From an uncultured Methanoregulaceae archaeon (GTDB lineage Archaea; Halobacteriota; Methanomicrobia; Methanomicrobiales; Methanospirillaceae): 64,000 nucleotides of DNA. The position numbers were made by a program, and so were the translations under genes. Below are positions 9,393-20,084 of this stretch, piece by piece. Location of the stretch: positions 1,024,001 to 1,088,000 of the forward strand of contig OY970343.1 in assembly GCA_963717525.1 (NCBI GenBank), read 5' to 3'. Position 1 is the first letter of the stretch; every line of letters begins with the position of its first letter. A model generated the notes under the pieces. That model was not told the DNA's origin. It did no database searches and saw only the letters and a program-made list of their open reading frames with translations.

Positions 9393-10568
9393 ATGAACCG
9401 GAATACTGCCATTGCGCAGGTCCAGGAACTCATGCAGGACTTTGCCAGGCTGACCGGACTTGATCCGGTTGGTGCCAGCCCACGACGTTACCTCTGGACA
9501 GATGCGTTTGCGGTCTGCAATTATCTCGGGCTCTTTGAAAAGACCGGAGACACCGCATTCCATGAACTGGCCCTGCGCCTTGTCGGCCAGGTACACGATA
9601 CGCTGGGCCGGCACCGTGCAGATGATACGCGGATCGGCTGGATCAGTGGTCTTTCCCTGCAGGAAGGAGAACAGCACCCGACAGCCGGGGGCCTGCGGAT
9701 AGGAAAAACCCTGTCCGAGCGCGGCATAAACGAACCGTTCGACGACCAGCGGGAATGGGACCGCGACGGGCAGTATTTCCATTACCTGACAAAGTGGATG
9801 CATGCACTTAGCCGGGTGAGCAGGGTCACCGGCAACCCGGACTATCTCGGCTGGGCAATAGACCTTGCACGCATTGCCCATGCCCGGTTCACATACCTCC
9901 CCAAAGGCAGCAGTAAAAAAATGATGTACTGGAAGATGAGCATCGACCTTTCCCGCCCGCTTGTGCTCTCCATGGGCCAGCACGACCCGCTCGATGGCTT
10001 CGTCACCTATAATGAGCTGCAGCTCGTCGCGTCCCAGGACTTCGGCCTCACGACAGAGTCCTGCCTTACCGGGGAGATCGCGGACATAACCGGCATCTGC
10101 CGGGGCATGGGCATGGCAACTGACGATCCTCTCGGCATCGGGGGCCTCCTGTGCGACGCATTACGGATCACCAATCTTGCGACCCGGGACGGGCCGGTGT
10201 ATGCCAGCCTGCTGGAGACCGTTCTTGGTTCAGCACTTGCCGGCCTTCGTTCCTATACCGGATCCGGATCTTTCAGGATCCCTGCCCGGTACCGTCTCGC
10301 ATTCCGCGAGCTTGGCCTGTCAATCGGGCTTGCCGGGATCGAAACGTTGCCGGACCGGCTGGGGAAAAACCGGCACCTGTACGGAAACTATGATACCCTG
10401 AACCAACAGGTCCGGGCCATCCATGAGTATATGCCGCTCCGCGAACAGATCGAAGGGTTCTGGCTGGAGGGGAAAAACAGGGAGGCCGGCACCTGGACTG
10501 AACACCGGGAGATTAATATGGTGATGCTTGCCACCAGCCTCGCCCCTGAGGGGTTTTTGGGAATTTAA
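9393..10568 (+). CDS. Conserved uncharacterised protein (RYLWTDAF / DGQYFHYLTKW family), possibly an alpha/alpha-barrel glycosidase-like fold
   Basis: 391-aa ORF with conserved-looking motifs RRYLWTDAF, GGLRIGK, DGQYFHYLTKWMHAL, WKMSIDLS, RLAFRELG and INMVMLAT. The fold is inferred. Confidence 0.75.
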   Translation: MNRNTAIAQVQELMQDFARLTGLDPVGASPRRYLWTDAFAVCNYLGLFEKTGDTAFHELALRLVGQVHDTLGRHRADDTRIGWISGLSLQEGEQHPTAGGLRIGKTLSERGINEPFDDQREWDRDGQYFHYLTKWMHALSRVSRVTGNPDYLGWAIDLARIAHARFTYLPKGSSKKMMYWKMSIDLSRPLVLSMGQHDPLDGFVTYNELQLVASQDFGLTTESCLTGEIADITGICRGMGMATDDPLGIGGLLCDALRITNLATRDGPVYASLLETVLGSALAGLRSYTGSGSFRIPARYRLAFRELGLSIGLAGIETLPDRLGKNRHLYGNYDTLNQQVRAIHEYMPLREQIEGFWLEGKNREAGTWTEHREINMVMLATSLAPEGFLGI

Positions 10569-10594
10569 AAAAAGATTCAGCCGCTCGTCCTGGA

Positions 10595-11014
10595 TCAGAT
10601 ATTTGCTTTTGACCGGTTCTTTTTGAGGCTTTTGCACCGGTTGAAGTACGTCTCGCCCCAGATCCACGGCTGGTACGTGCAGCACATCTCGGGTTTTACC
10701 GCATGGATCCCGCAGAGGTACCGCTCTTTTGCCACCCGGCGCAGGAACGGGCAGACAGACATGTACCCGCCGGTCGAGTGGTCACGCATCTCGAAGACTA
10801 CGACACCGCCGAGATCGTCCACCGCGAGATCGAGGCAGCTGACCGGTATGCTCCCGTTCTCGACAAACGCGACAAACCAGCGCAGGATATCGGTCCGCCC
10901 CTGCTCCATCCAGGTGTACACGTTTGCCGCAGTCGGTGCAATGCCGGGGCCGAAGATCCGGCAGCAGAGCCCGCACTGCTCGCAGGGCTCCTCCTCAGGA
11001 ACAGGGTCGTCCAT
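10595..11014 (-). CDS. YkgJ-family cysteine-cluster protein
   Basis: CEQCGLCC...CPFL...CGIH..KPEMC..YQP. Confidence 0.85.
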   Translation of the reverse strand: MDDPVPEEEPCEQCGLCCRIFGPGIAPTAANVYTWMEQGRTDILRWFVAFVENGSIPVSCLDLAVDDLGGVVVFEMRDHSTGGYMSVCPFLRRVAKERYLCGIHAVKPEMCCTYQPWIWGETYFNRCKSLKKNRSKANI

Positions 11015-11196
11015 CGCGCTTCCTTCCACTATTCATCCGGCTGGGCGATAAGGGTTTGCCGGCAGGCGGGAGCGGTGATCCGGAGATCTCGCAAACGAAG
11101 CCTGTGCATGATGAAGCGACCGCCATGTGAGACCGCGACAGGGAGGAAGAAAGGGGACAGAAAGGTTCATCACGAGGCACGCGAAGAAGCGTCCAT

Positions 11197-13413
11197 ATGA
11201 CCGACGCGCTCACCTGGTACCTCTCAGGGATGCGCCTCCAGGAAGAGGAACGGCACGAGCAGGCACTCGACGCGTTCGGACAGTCTGTTGCCCTTGATCC
11301 GGGGAATGCCGGGGCATGGGTAGGAAAGGGCATGGCAGAGGCCCGTCTCGGGGAGTACCAGGAAGCAATCCAGTCGTTTGACCGGGCGCTTGCCCTCGGC
11401 GACCTGAATCCCTTTGTCTGGAACAGCCGCGGTCTCGCATTCCATCTTCTCGGACAGGATGACGAAGCGGTCGTTTCCTACAACCGGGCGCTTGCCACCG
11501 ATACCACAAATCCCCTGACATGGACCGGCCTTGGCGATGCCCTGCGCACGATGGAGCGGTACGACAGCGCACGGGAAGCGTACGGGACAGCCCTCATGCA
11601 CGCACCGGGAACAGTCGCCGCCCTCCTGGGCATGGGCATGGTTGCGTTCGAGCTTGCGGAGTACCCGCAGGCAGAGGAATACTGCGGGAAAGTCCTTGCC
11701 CTTGAACCGGCTCACGCAATCGCGCTCACCCTGCTTGGTACATCCCTGATGGAGGAGAAGCACTACCAGCGGGCCGTGGCGGCTTTCGACCGCGCCCTTG
11801 ATACCGACAGGGATTTTGCCCCGGCTCTTTCCGGCAAGGCAACAGCACTCTGCAACCTGGGCAGCTTTTCCGACGCGCTCCCGCTCTTTGTCCGGTCCCT
11901 CGATCTCGATCCCGCGCTCCTTGACGCATGGAGCGGAAAAGGCATGGCACTTGGAGCACTCGGCAGGCACGAGGCTGCACTGCTCGCATTTGACCAGGCG
12001 CTTGCCCTTGAACCGGACTGTGCAGTGATCTGGTACTCCGAAGGGCAGATCTGCCGGTTTTCAAGCCGGCTGGAAGGACGGGATCCGAGGATCTCGCGCC
12101 TGGCCCCGCCCGTAAAAGGTGTTGTCGCGGCCGGCAGTAGTCCGGGGGCAGACCTGATGCGATCGGAATGCTACGAGGACGCGGTCCGATCATTCGACCG
12201 GGAGATAGAAGAGGACCGGCATTCTGCGGTTCTCTGGTGTAACCGGGGCATCGCACTCGATGCGATGGGGCGGCACTATGAGGCGGCCATCTCGTACACG
12301 AACGCGATCAACATCGATCCCCGTATGGCGGCCGCGTGGTATAACCGGGGGCTCGCGGAAAGCGATCTCGATCAAAATGAGGCAGTAATTGCATCCTTCA
12401 ACCACGCAGCCGGGCTCGATCCTGATGCCGCAATGGTCTGGATGGCAAAGGCACACACATACCATAAAATGTACCTCTTTGAGGAGGAACTTGCGGCCTG
12501 CGATGCGGCGATAGCACGGGAACCCAACCTTGCCATGGCCTGGCACAATCGGGGCGTCATCCTCCAGCAGATGAACCGGACGAAGGATGCGCTCGAATCG
12601 TTCGATCAGGCAGTCTCCATCGACAGAGGGTATGCCGCTGCATGGTATAACAAGGCGGTCCTGCAGTGCCGGGACGGCGGGTACGAAACCGCGCTGCAGG
12701 CTTTCGATATCGCGCTCTCCCTCAACCCCCGGCACATGCTCTCGTGGTTCTGCGAAAGTCTTGCCCTCATCAACCTGGGACGGACAAGCCTTGGAAAGAA
12801 GGCATTTATCCGGGCCACCCGGCTTGCGCCCGGCCTCTCGCTCCAGCGGCGCACACACGGGGGATCGGTCTTCCTTTCTTCAAAGAACCGGATCTACGCA
12901 CGCCGGCTTGACCGGAGGACCCCGCTTTTCATGGACCCGGCCCGGTTCTGGTTCCGGGCAGGAACCGACCTGTACCAGGCACAGAAAAACACCGAAGCCG
13001 TCGCCGCGCTCCGCCGTGCGCTCGCTCTCAACCCGGAGAACGCCCGGGGCTGGTCGCACTTAGCGCAGGCATACACCCGGCTCGGCAGGTTTCCGCCGGC
13101 ACTCGAGGCCTACGGCCATGCACTTGCGATTAACCCTCTGAATGTACCGGTCTGGAACAATAAGGGGCTCATCCACCGGCGGCTGCGACAGGAGAACGCA
13201 GCCATAGCCTCGTTCCAGCGCGCCCTCGCAATCGACCCGGCCCACTTCAACGGGTGGTACAACCTCGGCCTCATCTTCCTTGACGGCCAGAAGTACGAAA
13301 AGGCCGGCGAGGCGTTCGACCGGGCTCTTGCCCTGCGGCCCGGTGATCCCCGGGCGCTCGACCGAAAGAAGTTCGCCCTGCAGGGAGCAGGTTCGCCGGA
13401 AAAGACACCGTAA
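11197..13413 (+). CDS. Tetratricopeptide repeat protein
   Basis: Many 34-aa repeats of the form AWxNxGxAL..LGxYxEAxxSFDxALxLDP. Confidence 0.92.
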   Translation: MTDALTWYLSGMRLQEEERHEQALDAFGQSVALDPGNAGAWVGKGMAEARLGEYQEAIQSFDRALALGDLNPFVWNSRGLAFHLLGQDDEAVVSYNRALATDTTNPLTWTGLGDALRTMERYDSAREAYGTALMHAPGTVAALLGMGMVAFELAEYPQAEEYCGKVLALEPAHAIALTLLGTSLMEEKHYQRAVAAFDRALDTDRDFAPALSGKATALCNLGSFSDALPLFVRSLDLDPALLDAWSGKGMALGALGRHEAALLAFDQALALEPDCAVIWYSEGQICRFSSRLEGRDPRISRLAPPVKGVVAAGSSPGADLMRSECYEDAVRSFDREIEEDRHSAVLWCNRGIALDAMGRHYEAAISYTNAINIDPRMAAAWYNRGLAESDLDQNEAVIASFNHAAGLDPDAAMVWMAKAHTYHKMYLFEEELAACDAAIAREPNLAMAWHNRGVILQQMNRTKDALESFDQAVSIDRGYAAAWYNKAVLQCRDGGYETALQAFDIALSLNPRHMLSWFCESLALINLGRTSLGKKAFIRATRLAPGLSLQRRTHGGSVFLSSKNRIYARRLDRRTPLFMDPARFWFRAGTDLYQAQKNTEAVAALRRALALNPENARGWSHLAQAYTRLGRFPPALEAYGHALAINPLNVPVWNNKGLIHRRLRQENAAIASFQRALAIDPAHFNGWYNLGLIFLDGQKYEKAGEAFDRALALRPGDPRALDRKKFALQGAGSPEKTP

Positions 13414-13457
13414 GGCCGGAACCGGAACGCACCGTCCGGATCCCCGGCATATCAGGA

Positions 13458-14393
13458 CTACGCGTCGTAATTAGTGATCAAAAGTTCGTTTACCACGCCG
13501 CGCCGGGCGCCGTTGCAGTTGATCATCCGTTTTGCCGGCACCCGCCGGATGGTGAAACCGTCGTACAACTCGTCAAAGTAGGAATCGCCCGGGTTCTCGC
13601 TCGCGGGATCGGAGTTGCTCAGCATGACGAGCGCACCTTTCCGGTCCAGTTCCCGGAAAAATTTTGCCAGGCGCACCTGGTCGGCATCGGAAAAACCGAC
13701 CTGCGAGTAGGAAGTAAAGGAGGAGGTCGCGTTCAGCGGCCGGTAGGGCGGATCGAGGTACACGAAGGTCCGGTTGTCAACGGTACTCCTGCACCGGGTA
13801 AAATCGCCACAGAGGATACGGGTGTGTGCAAGCAACAAAGCGACACCCTGCAGGTTCTGGTAATTAAGGATCTCCGGGTTTTTGTACCGACCGAACGGGA
13901 CATTGAACCCGCCGCTTTTGTTCACCCGGAAGAGTCCGTTATAACAGGTGTGGTTGAGGAAGATGATCTGCGCTGCCCGCCGGATCCACCGGGAATTATA
14001 GCGGCTGAAATCGGTCGCAGCACGCTCCCGGTTAAAAGTCTCCCGGACATCGTAATAGTACGCTTCCTGCTGCGGGCCGCTTTTCACCCGGTATTCGGAC
14101 TCGATTGCCGCGAGTTCGCTTGTGAGTTTCAATAGAGACGTCCGGATCACCCGGTACGTAAGGACCAGTTCCTCGTTGATATCGCAGACCGTGGACTTCT
14201 CGAACGGGAAGCACCGGGAAAGGGAGAAGAATACTGCACCGCCACCGATGAACGGCTCGATGTACCGGGTGATCACCCGGTCCCTGAATGCGGCAAGTGG
14301 CAGGTATTGGGCAAACTCGCCGAGTAACTGCGATTTCCCCCCGGCCCATTTCAGGAATGGCCGCACCCCGGAAGTTCGTCCCTGTCGTGCCAT
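13458..14393 (-). CDS. dam: Dam-family DNA adenine methyltransferase (orphan)
   Basis: Motifs PFLKWAGGK, YIEPFIGGGAV, CYNGLFRVN, YLDPPY and ELLITNY. No adjacent endonuclease. Confidence 0.92.
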   Translation of the reverse strand: MARQGRTSGVRPFLKWAGGKSQLLGEFAQYLPLAAFRDRVITRYIEPFIGGGAVFFSLSRCFPFEKSTVCDINEELVLTYRVIRTSLLKLTSELAAIESEYRVKSGPQQEAYYYDVRETFNRERAATDFSRYNSRWIRRAAQIIFLNHTCYNGLFRVNKSGGFNVPFGRYKNPEILNYQNLQGVALLLAHTRILCGDFTRCRSTVDNRTFVYLDPPYRPLNATSSFTSYSQVGFSDADQVRLAKFFRELDRKGALVMLSNSDPASENPGDSYFDELYDGFTIRRVPAKRMINCNGARRGVVNELLITNYDA

Positions 14394-14611
14394 AGGAATA
14401 ACGCGGGCAGTCCGCACCTATCAGGTATCGCATTACTCGGTTATCATAGCTGGGATGCAGATCGGCAGGTCCTTTTTTTGTAGCATTCATGGTCCCCGGG
14501 ACGAGATATTTTCCCGGCCCATTCCCCGATGTGACAAATACAGTGCGGGGTCGATTTTATACCCCTACCCCCCCCACAACTCCCTATGCGGTTGTCGCGG
14601 GTGAAGGAAGC

Positions 14612-15609
14612 ATGGTGAGCGAAAAGGCCGGTCCTGTCCTGCCAGGCAGAGAGTCCATTGCACGAAGGGACAGGAAAATACTCTCGGGCCTTCTCCTTTT
14701 TGTCATTGCCGTTGCCCTCATCCTCATCCCGGTTGCTGCTGACAGCGGAAGCGGAACGATGACATCTGCTCCCGTTCCCGGCCCCCAGGTTGTATACATT
14801 GGGGTGTATGTCGTCGACTTAAAGCAGTTCAGCGTCGCGGACGGGACCTACGAGACCAATTTTTACCTCAGCCTCCGTTCGGATGCGAATGTCTCGATCA
14901 ACGACCTCGAGTTCATGAACGGGCGGGCAACATCTGTTACCACCATCACGGACACACCGCAGGAGAAGGATTACCGGGTCTACGCGACGATGACCGCAAA
15001 TCCCGACCTGCGCCTCTACCCCTTCGACAACCACACGCTCCCGATCATCGTTGAGCCGACGGTTTTCGCCGAGAAGGAAATGGTCTTTGTTATTGACGAA
15101 AATAACACAGGCCTCGATTCGGAGGCGGACCTTCCGGGGTGGACGCTGACCGGCATGTCCGCGGAGGTCACCAACCAGACCTACGTGGCAGGAGAGGTCC
15201 CCTACTCCCGGGCAGTCTTCAACAACGGGATCCAGCGGGATACCGCCTCGACCCTTTTGAAGTTCTTCCTCCCCATCATGCTCATCATCATCGTCTCCCT
15301 CGCGTCGCTCCTGATGAAGGTCTCCTCACGGCTGGGACTGAACGGATCGATGTTCCTGGCCGCTGTGCTCATCCACTGGCGTATCGCGGATGCCATCCCG
15401 CTTGTTGCCTACGCTACCTTCCTGGACTTCTTTATGATCATCACCTACGCAACGCTGGTAATGGTCATCGTCTCCGGGATCCTGATCATCAGTACACCGA
15501 AGACAAGAATGCCCGGCGGGTTGAACAGGTCAATTACTGGTCGCTCCGTCTCGTCCCGGCAGTCTCGATCTCGCTGTACATCCTGCTTTTCCTTATACTC
15601 ATGCTCTAG
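14612..15609 (+). CDS. Pentameric ligand-gated ion channel homologue (GLIC/ELIC-like); frameshift near 15491
   Basis: Signal peptide, VYIGVYVVDL (beta1), Pro-loop LRLYPFD, LPGWTL and pre-M1 IQR. M1 FFLPIMLI, M2, M2-M3 loop IPLVAYATFLD and M3 follow. M4 continues in the 15139-15609 frame. Confidence 0.8.
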
Positions 15610-15946
15610 GGATCAGAGCCCGGAAATACAGGGGGAAACCCCTCCTTTTATCCCCCGGTAAGGAAGCGGACGATAAAATTTTGGCCGGTTACACGGCGAA
15701 GGCGGCGCATAAGGAAGGCAAACGCGCACATCCCGGCAAGAAAGATGCAGGTGCACAAAAGAAATTACGGGTGGGGGAGCCGGAAGCCGGCAGGCCCGAT
15801 GATAGAATCGGGAAAGTGCTTGTGCTTAATGTTCCTTGATGACAAGTGATTACCGGGAAAATTCTCCCTTACCAAAAGACAAAAACCGGAAGATGGGGAA
15901 TATGATTGTCTAACTGAACATTCCCTGGGGATGTGCGATGTGTGCC

Positions 15947-15976
15947 GTCGCCCCCGAAGGGGCGCCCCCGCGGCGG
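15947..15976. repeat. Dispersed intergenic repeat, divergent copy
   Basis: GTCGCCCCCGAAGGGGCGCCCC resembles GGCAGCCCAAGGGGAGCGCCCC at 3366 and is self-complementary. Confidence 0.45.
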
Positions 15977-16084
15977 ATCAGGAAGGTTAGCCGCACTTGT
16001 CCCGCCGTACCCCGGAGGGGCCCTGAGGCGGGAAACCCTCGTCTTTTACTTATACACAGTATCTGGGATGTGGATCTCAATTGC

Positions 16085-17023
16085 TTACTCCAGCACCGCA
16101 CCGATCAGGTTCCCGGCGATCTGGAGCGCCTCCATCTCGCTCTCCGTCCAGTCGCGGGAGACTGTGTCGGAGAAGCCCACGAATCCCCAGAGCGCATCGT
16201 TCCTGAAGAGCGGGAGCACCGCAATCGATGAAATTCCCCGCTCCTCGAAGAACCGGCGCTCGCCGCCGGGCAGCTTCTGCACATCGCCTGCGATCGAATT
16301 GCCACTCCCGAGAAGCGAACGCCACAGGAGAGTCGTAAACGTGAGTGACTCGGTCTTTGTGATCGAGACCTTTCCCCCGCCCGTCACCCCGGGGTCGACC
16401 CAGAGGTACTGGACGGTTGCGCCGTCCTTTCCCTCCCGTCCCGGGTTCATCCGGAAGATGCAGACGCTTGCGGCATGCACGGCAAACCCGATATGTTCAA
16501 GGATCTCCATGATCCCGGCCGAGAGGTTCTTCTCGTACCGGGTATCATGGGACGGGACCGACGCATGCCTGCGCAGGAACCATTCGATGGCAAAGCTAAT
16601 GGCCAGGAGCAGGGTGTCATGCTTTTTTATCTCCTTGTCGAGCCGGGACCGGTGGAGGGCGAGTTCGATCGCAAATGCAAGTTCCCGCTCGTTGAACGGC
16701 TTGAGGATATAGGCATACGGTTCGGTGCCTTTCACCCGTGCAAGGGTCTTTTTATCGGAATACGCGGTGACAAAGATAACCGGGACATCCATGATCTGCC
16801 CGAGTTTCCGTGCGGTTTCTATCCCGTCCATAGGCGAGCCTTCCAGCACGATGTCCATCAGGACCAGATCAGGGCTGAGTGCAGCGGCACGTTCCAGCGC
16901 CTCACTGCTGCCACCTGCGGGCTCCGGGACTTCGTATCCCATCCCGGTGAGCACGAGTCGCAGGTTCTCGGCAACGATCAGTTCATCCTCGACTATCAGT
17001 ATCGATGGCATTTTTTCGTCCAT
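16085..17023 (-). CDS. Response regulator (REC + GAF-like domain)
   Basis: ILIVEDE, PDLVLMDI, FVTA and YILKPF. The C-terminal GAF-like part reads SIAVLPL...WGFVGF...DWTESE. Confidence 0.9.
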   Translation of the reverse strand: MDEKMPSILIVEDELIVAENLRLVLTGMGYEVPEPAGGSSEALERAAALSPDLVLMDIVLEGSPMDGIETARKLGQIMDVPVIFVTAYSDKKTLARVKGTEPYAYILKPFNERELAFAIELALHRSRLDKEIKKHDTLLLAISFAIEWFLRRHASVPSHDTRYEKNLSAGIMEILEHIGFAVHAASVCIFRMNPGREGKDGATVQYLWVDPGVTGGGKVSITKTESLTFTTLLWRSLLGSGNSIAGDVQKLPGGERRFFEERGISSIAVLPLFRNDALWGFVGFSDTVSRDWTESEMEALQIAGNLIGAVLE

Positions 17024-17027
17024 ATAT

Positions 17028-18059
17028 TCACCCCGCATACGGGAGGGTTATGACAAACTGCGTCCCGCCGGTGCGATCGAGCCTGACCGTCCCTTTCAGC
17101 TGCCGCACCAGCATCCGGACAAGGTTGAAGCCGAGGGATTCCGCGTTCTCCCAGTCGAGATCCTCAGGTATCCCCCGGCCGTTGTCTTTGACGATGAGTG
17201 TTATCTGCGACGCATCCTTTTCCCCGGCGAGCGTTATCTCTCCGCCGTCCCTCCCGGTAAACGCGTACTTGAGGGCGTTTGCGATCAGTTCATTTGCGAT
17301 CAGCCCCAGCGGAATGGCGGTCGTGAGACTGACGTTTAAGTCCCGCACATCAGTGATCACCCGGATACCGGCGCGATCGACGCCATAGGCCACCCTGAGA
17401 TTGCCGGCCAGGTTCCGGAGGTACCGGTCAAAATCGATAGAGGCCAGGTCGCCGGACTGGTACAGGTTCTCGTGGATGAGTGCCATGGACTTAACCCGCG
17501 TCTGGCTGTCGAGAAGCGCAGCTGCACAGGCAGGATCCCCGGTCTTTCTCGACTGGAGGTAGAGAAGGCTCACGATGACCTGCAGGTTGTTTTTTACCCG
17601 GTGGTGGATCTCTTTGATAAGCACATCCTTTTCGTGCAGGGACTGCCGGAGGCGCTCTTCGGCGATGGCACGCTGGCAGACTTCGGTGATGAGCGCATCG
17701 TTTGCCTGCGCAAGTTCTGCCGTCCGCTCAAGGACGCGTTCCTCCAGCCGGCCGGTGAGCCGGGCGAGGTCCGCCTCGGCCTCGGTTTTCCGAATAATAT
17801 CCCTGAGGATCGCAAAGAGCCCGATCACCACAAAGGCATACCCGGTAGTCCTGAGGACAAAAAATTCCGGACCGGGAGGATTTTCACCCCCGTTGAGAAG
17901 AAGGAAGTGGGAGATGGCAAAGAGGGTGTAGGCACATCCGAAATACAGCGGGGTGATCTTCCTGATCCGGTAATAACCCCATACGCTGACAAGGACGATG
18001 CCGACGCACATGAGCAGGTTGACTGCTACCGAAATATCAATACTGTTCACGGTTGTCAT
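17028..18059 (-). CDS. Membrane-bound sensor histidine kinase (HisKA_2 type)
   Basis: Three TM helices, EIHHRVKNNLQ, NELIANALKYAF, DNGRGIP and SLGFNLV. Confidence 0.92.
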   Translation of the reverse strand: MTTVNSIDISVAVNLLMCVGIVLVSVWGYYRIRKITPLYFGCAYTLFAISHFLLLNGGENPPGPEFFVLRTTGYAFVVIGLFAILRDIIRKTEAEADLARLTGRLEERVLERTAELAQANDALITEVCQRAIAEERLRQSLHEKDVLIKEIHHRVKNNLQVIVSLLYLQSRKTGDPACAAALLDSQTRVKSMALIHENLYQSGDLASIDFDRYLRNLAGNLRVAYGVDRAGIRVITDVRDLNVSLTTAIPLGLIANELIANALKYAFTGRDGGEITLAGEKDASQITLIVKDNGRGIPEDLDWENAESLGFNLVRMLVRQLKGTVRLDRTGGTQFVITLPYAG

Positions 18060-18480
18060 CCTGAACCGCTCCTCCTGTGCGGTGCCTGCACCTGCACTGC
18101 GCTGAAATCCTTCACGTACTCCTTTTTCGCAGAAGCACCGCATAAACACGTCGTTGAGTGAAAAATTCACTGCGGTTAAGGGGCCGGATTTGCCATGCGG
18201 GAGACCCGCATACATGAAAATAAGAAAATGCCAGCCCCCCCGGGGCGGGCCAGCGTCCGGTTCTCATCCTCATCTCTCTACGCGACATCTCATACTTCTG
18301 GTATGGGCGGACTATTATCCCCTGAATTTTGCTTGTTTTCAAAATCCGGGCGATTATAAACGAAATAATTTTTTCACTTATCAGTTTCTTTATAAAAAGC
18401 CGGAACGGAAAGGAAAGTACAGCAGACCGGGCGTTCTCTGCTGGTGTAATTGAGATAACTTCGTGCAAACGGGGCGGTAC

Positions 18481-20023
18481 ATGAATAAGAGCACATTCCT
18501 TGACCATGCCATGTTCAAAAAAAAGCAGATCGACCGGGAGATGCCCGATTCCAACAGCAGCAGATCCCTTTCCCGCACCTTAAGCACGTTTGACCTGGTC
18601 ATGCTCGGTATCGGGGGCATCATCGGTATGGGCATATTTGTCCTGTCCGGCCTTGTCGCCGGGTTGCATGCGGGTAATGCCCTCCCCCTCTCGTTTGTCT
18701 TTGCCGGTGTAGCCTGCCTCTTTGCCGCTCTCTGCTATGCAGAATTTTCCGCCATGATCCCGCTTGCCGGAAGCGCCTACACGTACTGCTACATGACGCT
18801 CGGCGAGATCTGGGCGTGGATCATCGGCTGGGATCTCATTCTCGAATACGGCCTTGCGGTCTCAGCGGTGGCAATCGGCTGGTCCGGGTATCTCGGTGCG
18901 CTCCTCCGTTCCATCGGGTTGTACCTTCCTCCCGCCTTTCTCAACCCTCCGGGGACAGAAGGAGGGATAATCAATCTTCCCGCCGTGGGCATTGTCCTGT
19001 GCCTCTCCCTGCTTCTCGTACGGGGGACAAAAAAGAGCGCACGAACCAATGCGGCTATTGTGGCGATCAAGATTGCAGTCATCATCTTTTTCATTGTACC
19101 TGGGCCTCTTCTCTCTCAATCCGGCGAACTGGATCCCCTTTATGCCACCCAGAGGATGGCTTGGGATCTTCTCGGGAGCTGCGATCATCTTCTTTGCCTT
19201 CACCGGGTTTGACGCGGTGGTCACGGCTGCGGAGGAAACCAAAGATCCCAGAAAAAGCCTGCCTCTCGGCCTCATCGGTTCGCTTGCGATCTGCATCATC
19301 CTCTATATCGTGCTCGGCATCGTTCTCACCGGCATCGTACCGTTTGCAGAACTTCCCGGGGACAATGCTATCAATGCGCCGATCGCCTTTGCGCTGGGGA
19401 GGATCGGTATTCCCTGGGGAGCATTTATCGTCTCGATCGGTGCGCTCTGCGGCATGACCTCGGTGATCCTTGTCATGCTCTTCGGGCAGAGCCGGATCTT
19501 CTTTGCCATGTCCCGGGACGGCCTCCTGCCGGCATTTTTCTCGGACGTCAACGAGAAGACCCGGACCCCGGTAAAGGTCATCCTCGTCACCGGGATACTT
19601 ACGGCCTGCGTTGCCGGCTTCTTCCCCCTCGCCATCGTGGCGGAGCTCGTGAACATGGGCACGCTCATGGCGTTTGCGATCGTTGCGATCGGTATCCTCC
19701 TCCTGCGGGTCCAGAGGCCGGATCTTGTCCGGTCGTTCCGCTGTCCCTGCGTCCCTCTCATCCCTCTGCTCTGCGTGGGCACATGTACGTTTTTGATCCT
19801 AAATCTCAGTTCCCATGCCCACCTCATGTTTATTCTCTGGCTCGCCCTTGGCCTTGGGTTGTATTTCCTCTACGGCGTGCACAACGGTACCGCCCGGACC
19901 ATGAAGGGTACGTGTACCGATGGTGCAGTTGCCGGGGTTTCCGGCAATCCCCCACTCGTAACCGGCCCGGAGTTCCTGGTCCCCGATACCCCGAGGAATC
20001 CCGGGCAGCAGCAGGGGCCGTAA
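18481..20023 (+). CDS. APC-family amino acid permease; frameshift near 19097
   Basis: GIGGIIGMGIF, CYAEFSAMIPLAGSAY and WIIGWDLILEY in one frame. FFAFTGFDAV..AEE and RIFFAMSRDGLLP in the next. Confidence 0.9.
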
Positions 20024-20084
20024 ACCCGCCGGGGCGCACACGACTGCCCTGCCCTCCCGACCCGACCGCAAGCCTCTATACTCC

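Noticed and set aside
11197..14393. TPR protein plus Dam as a defence system
   Set aside because: The genes are convergent, and the TPR protein has no nuclease, NTPase or other effector domain.
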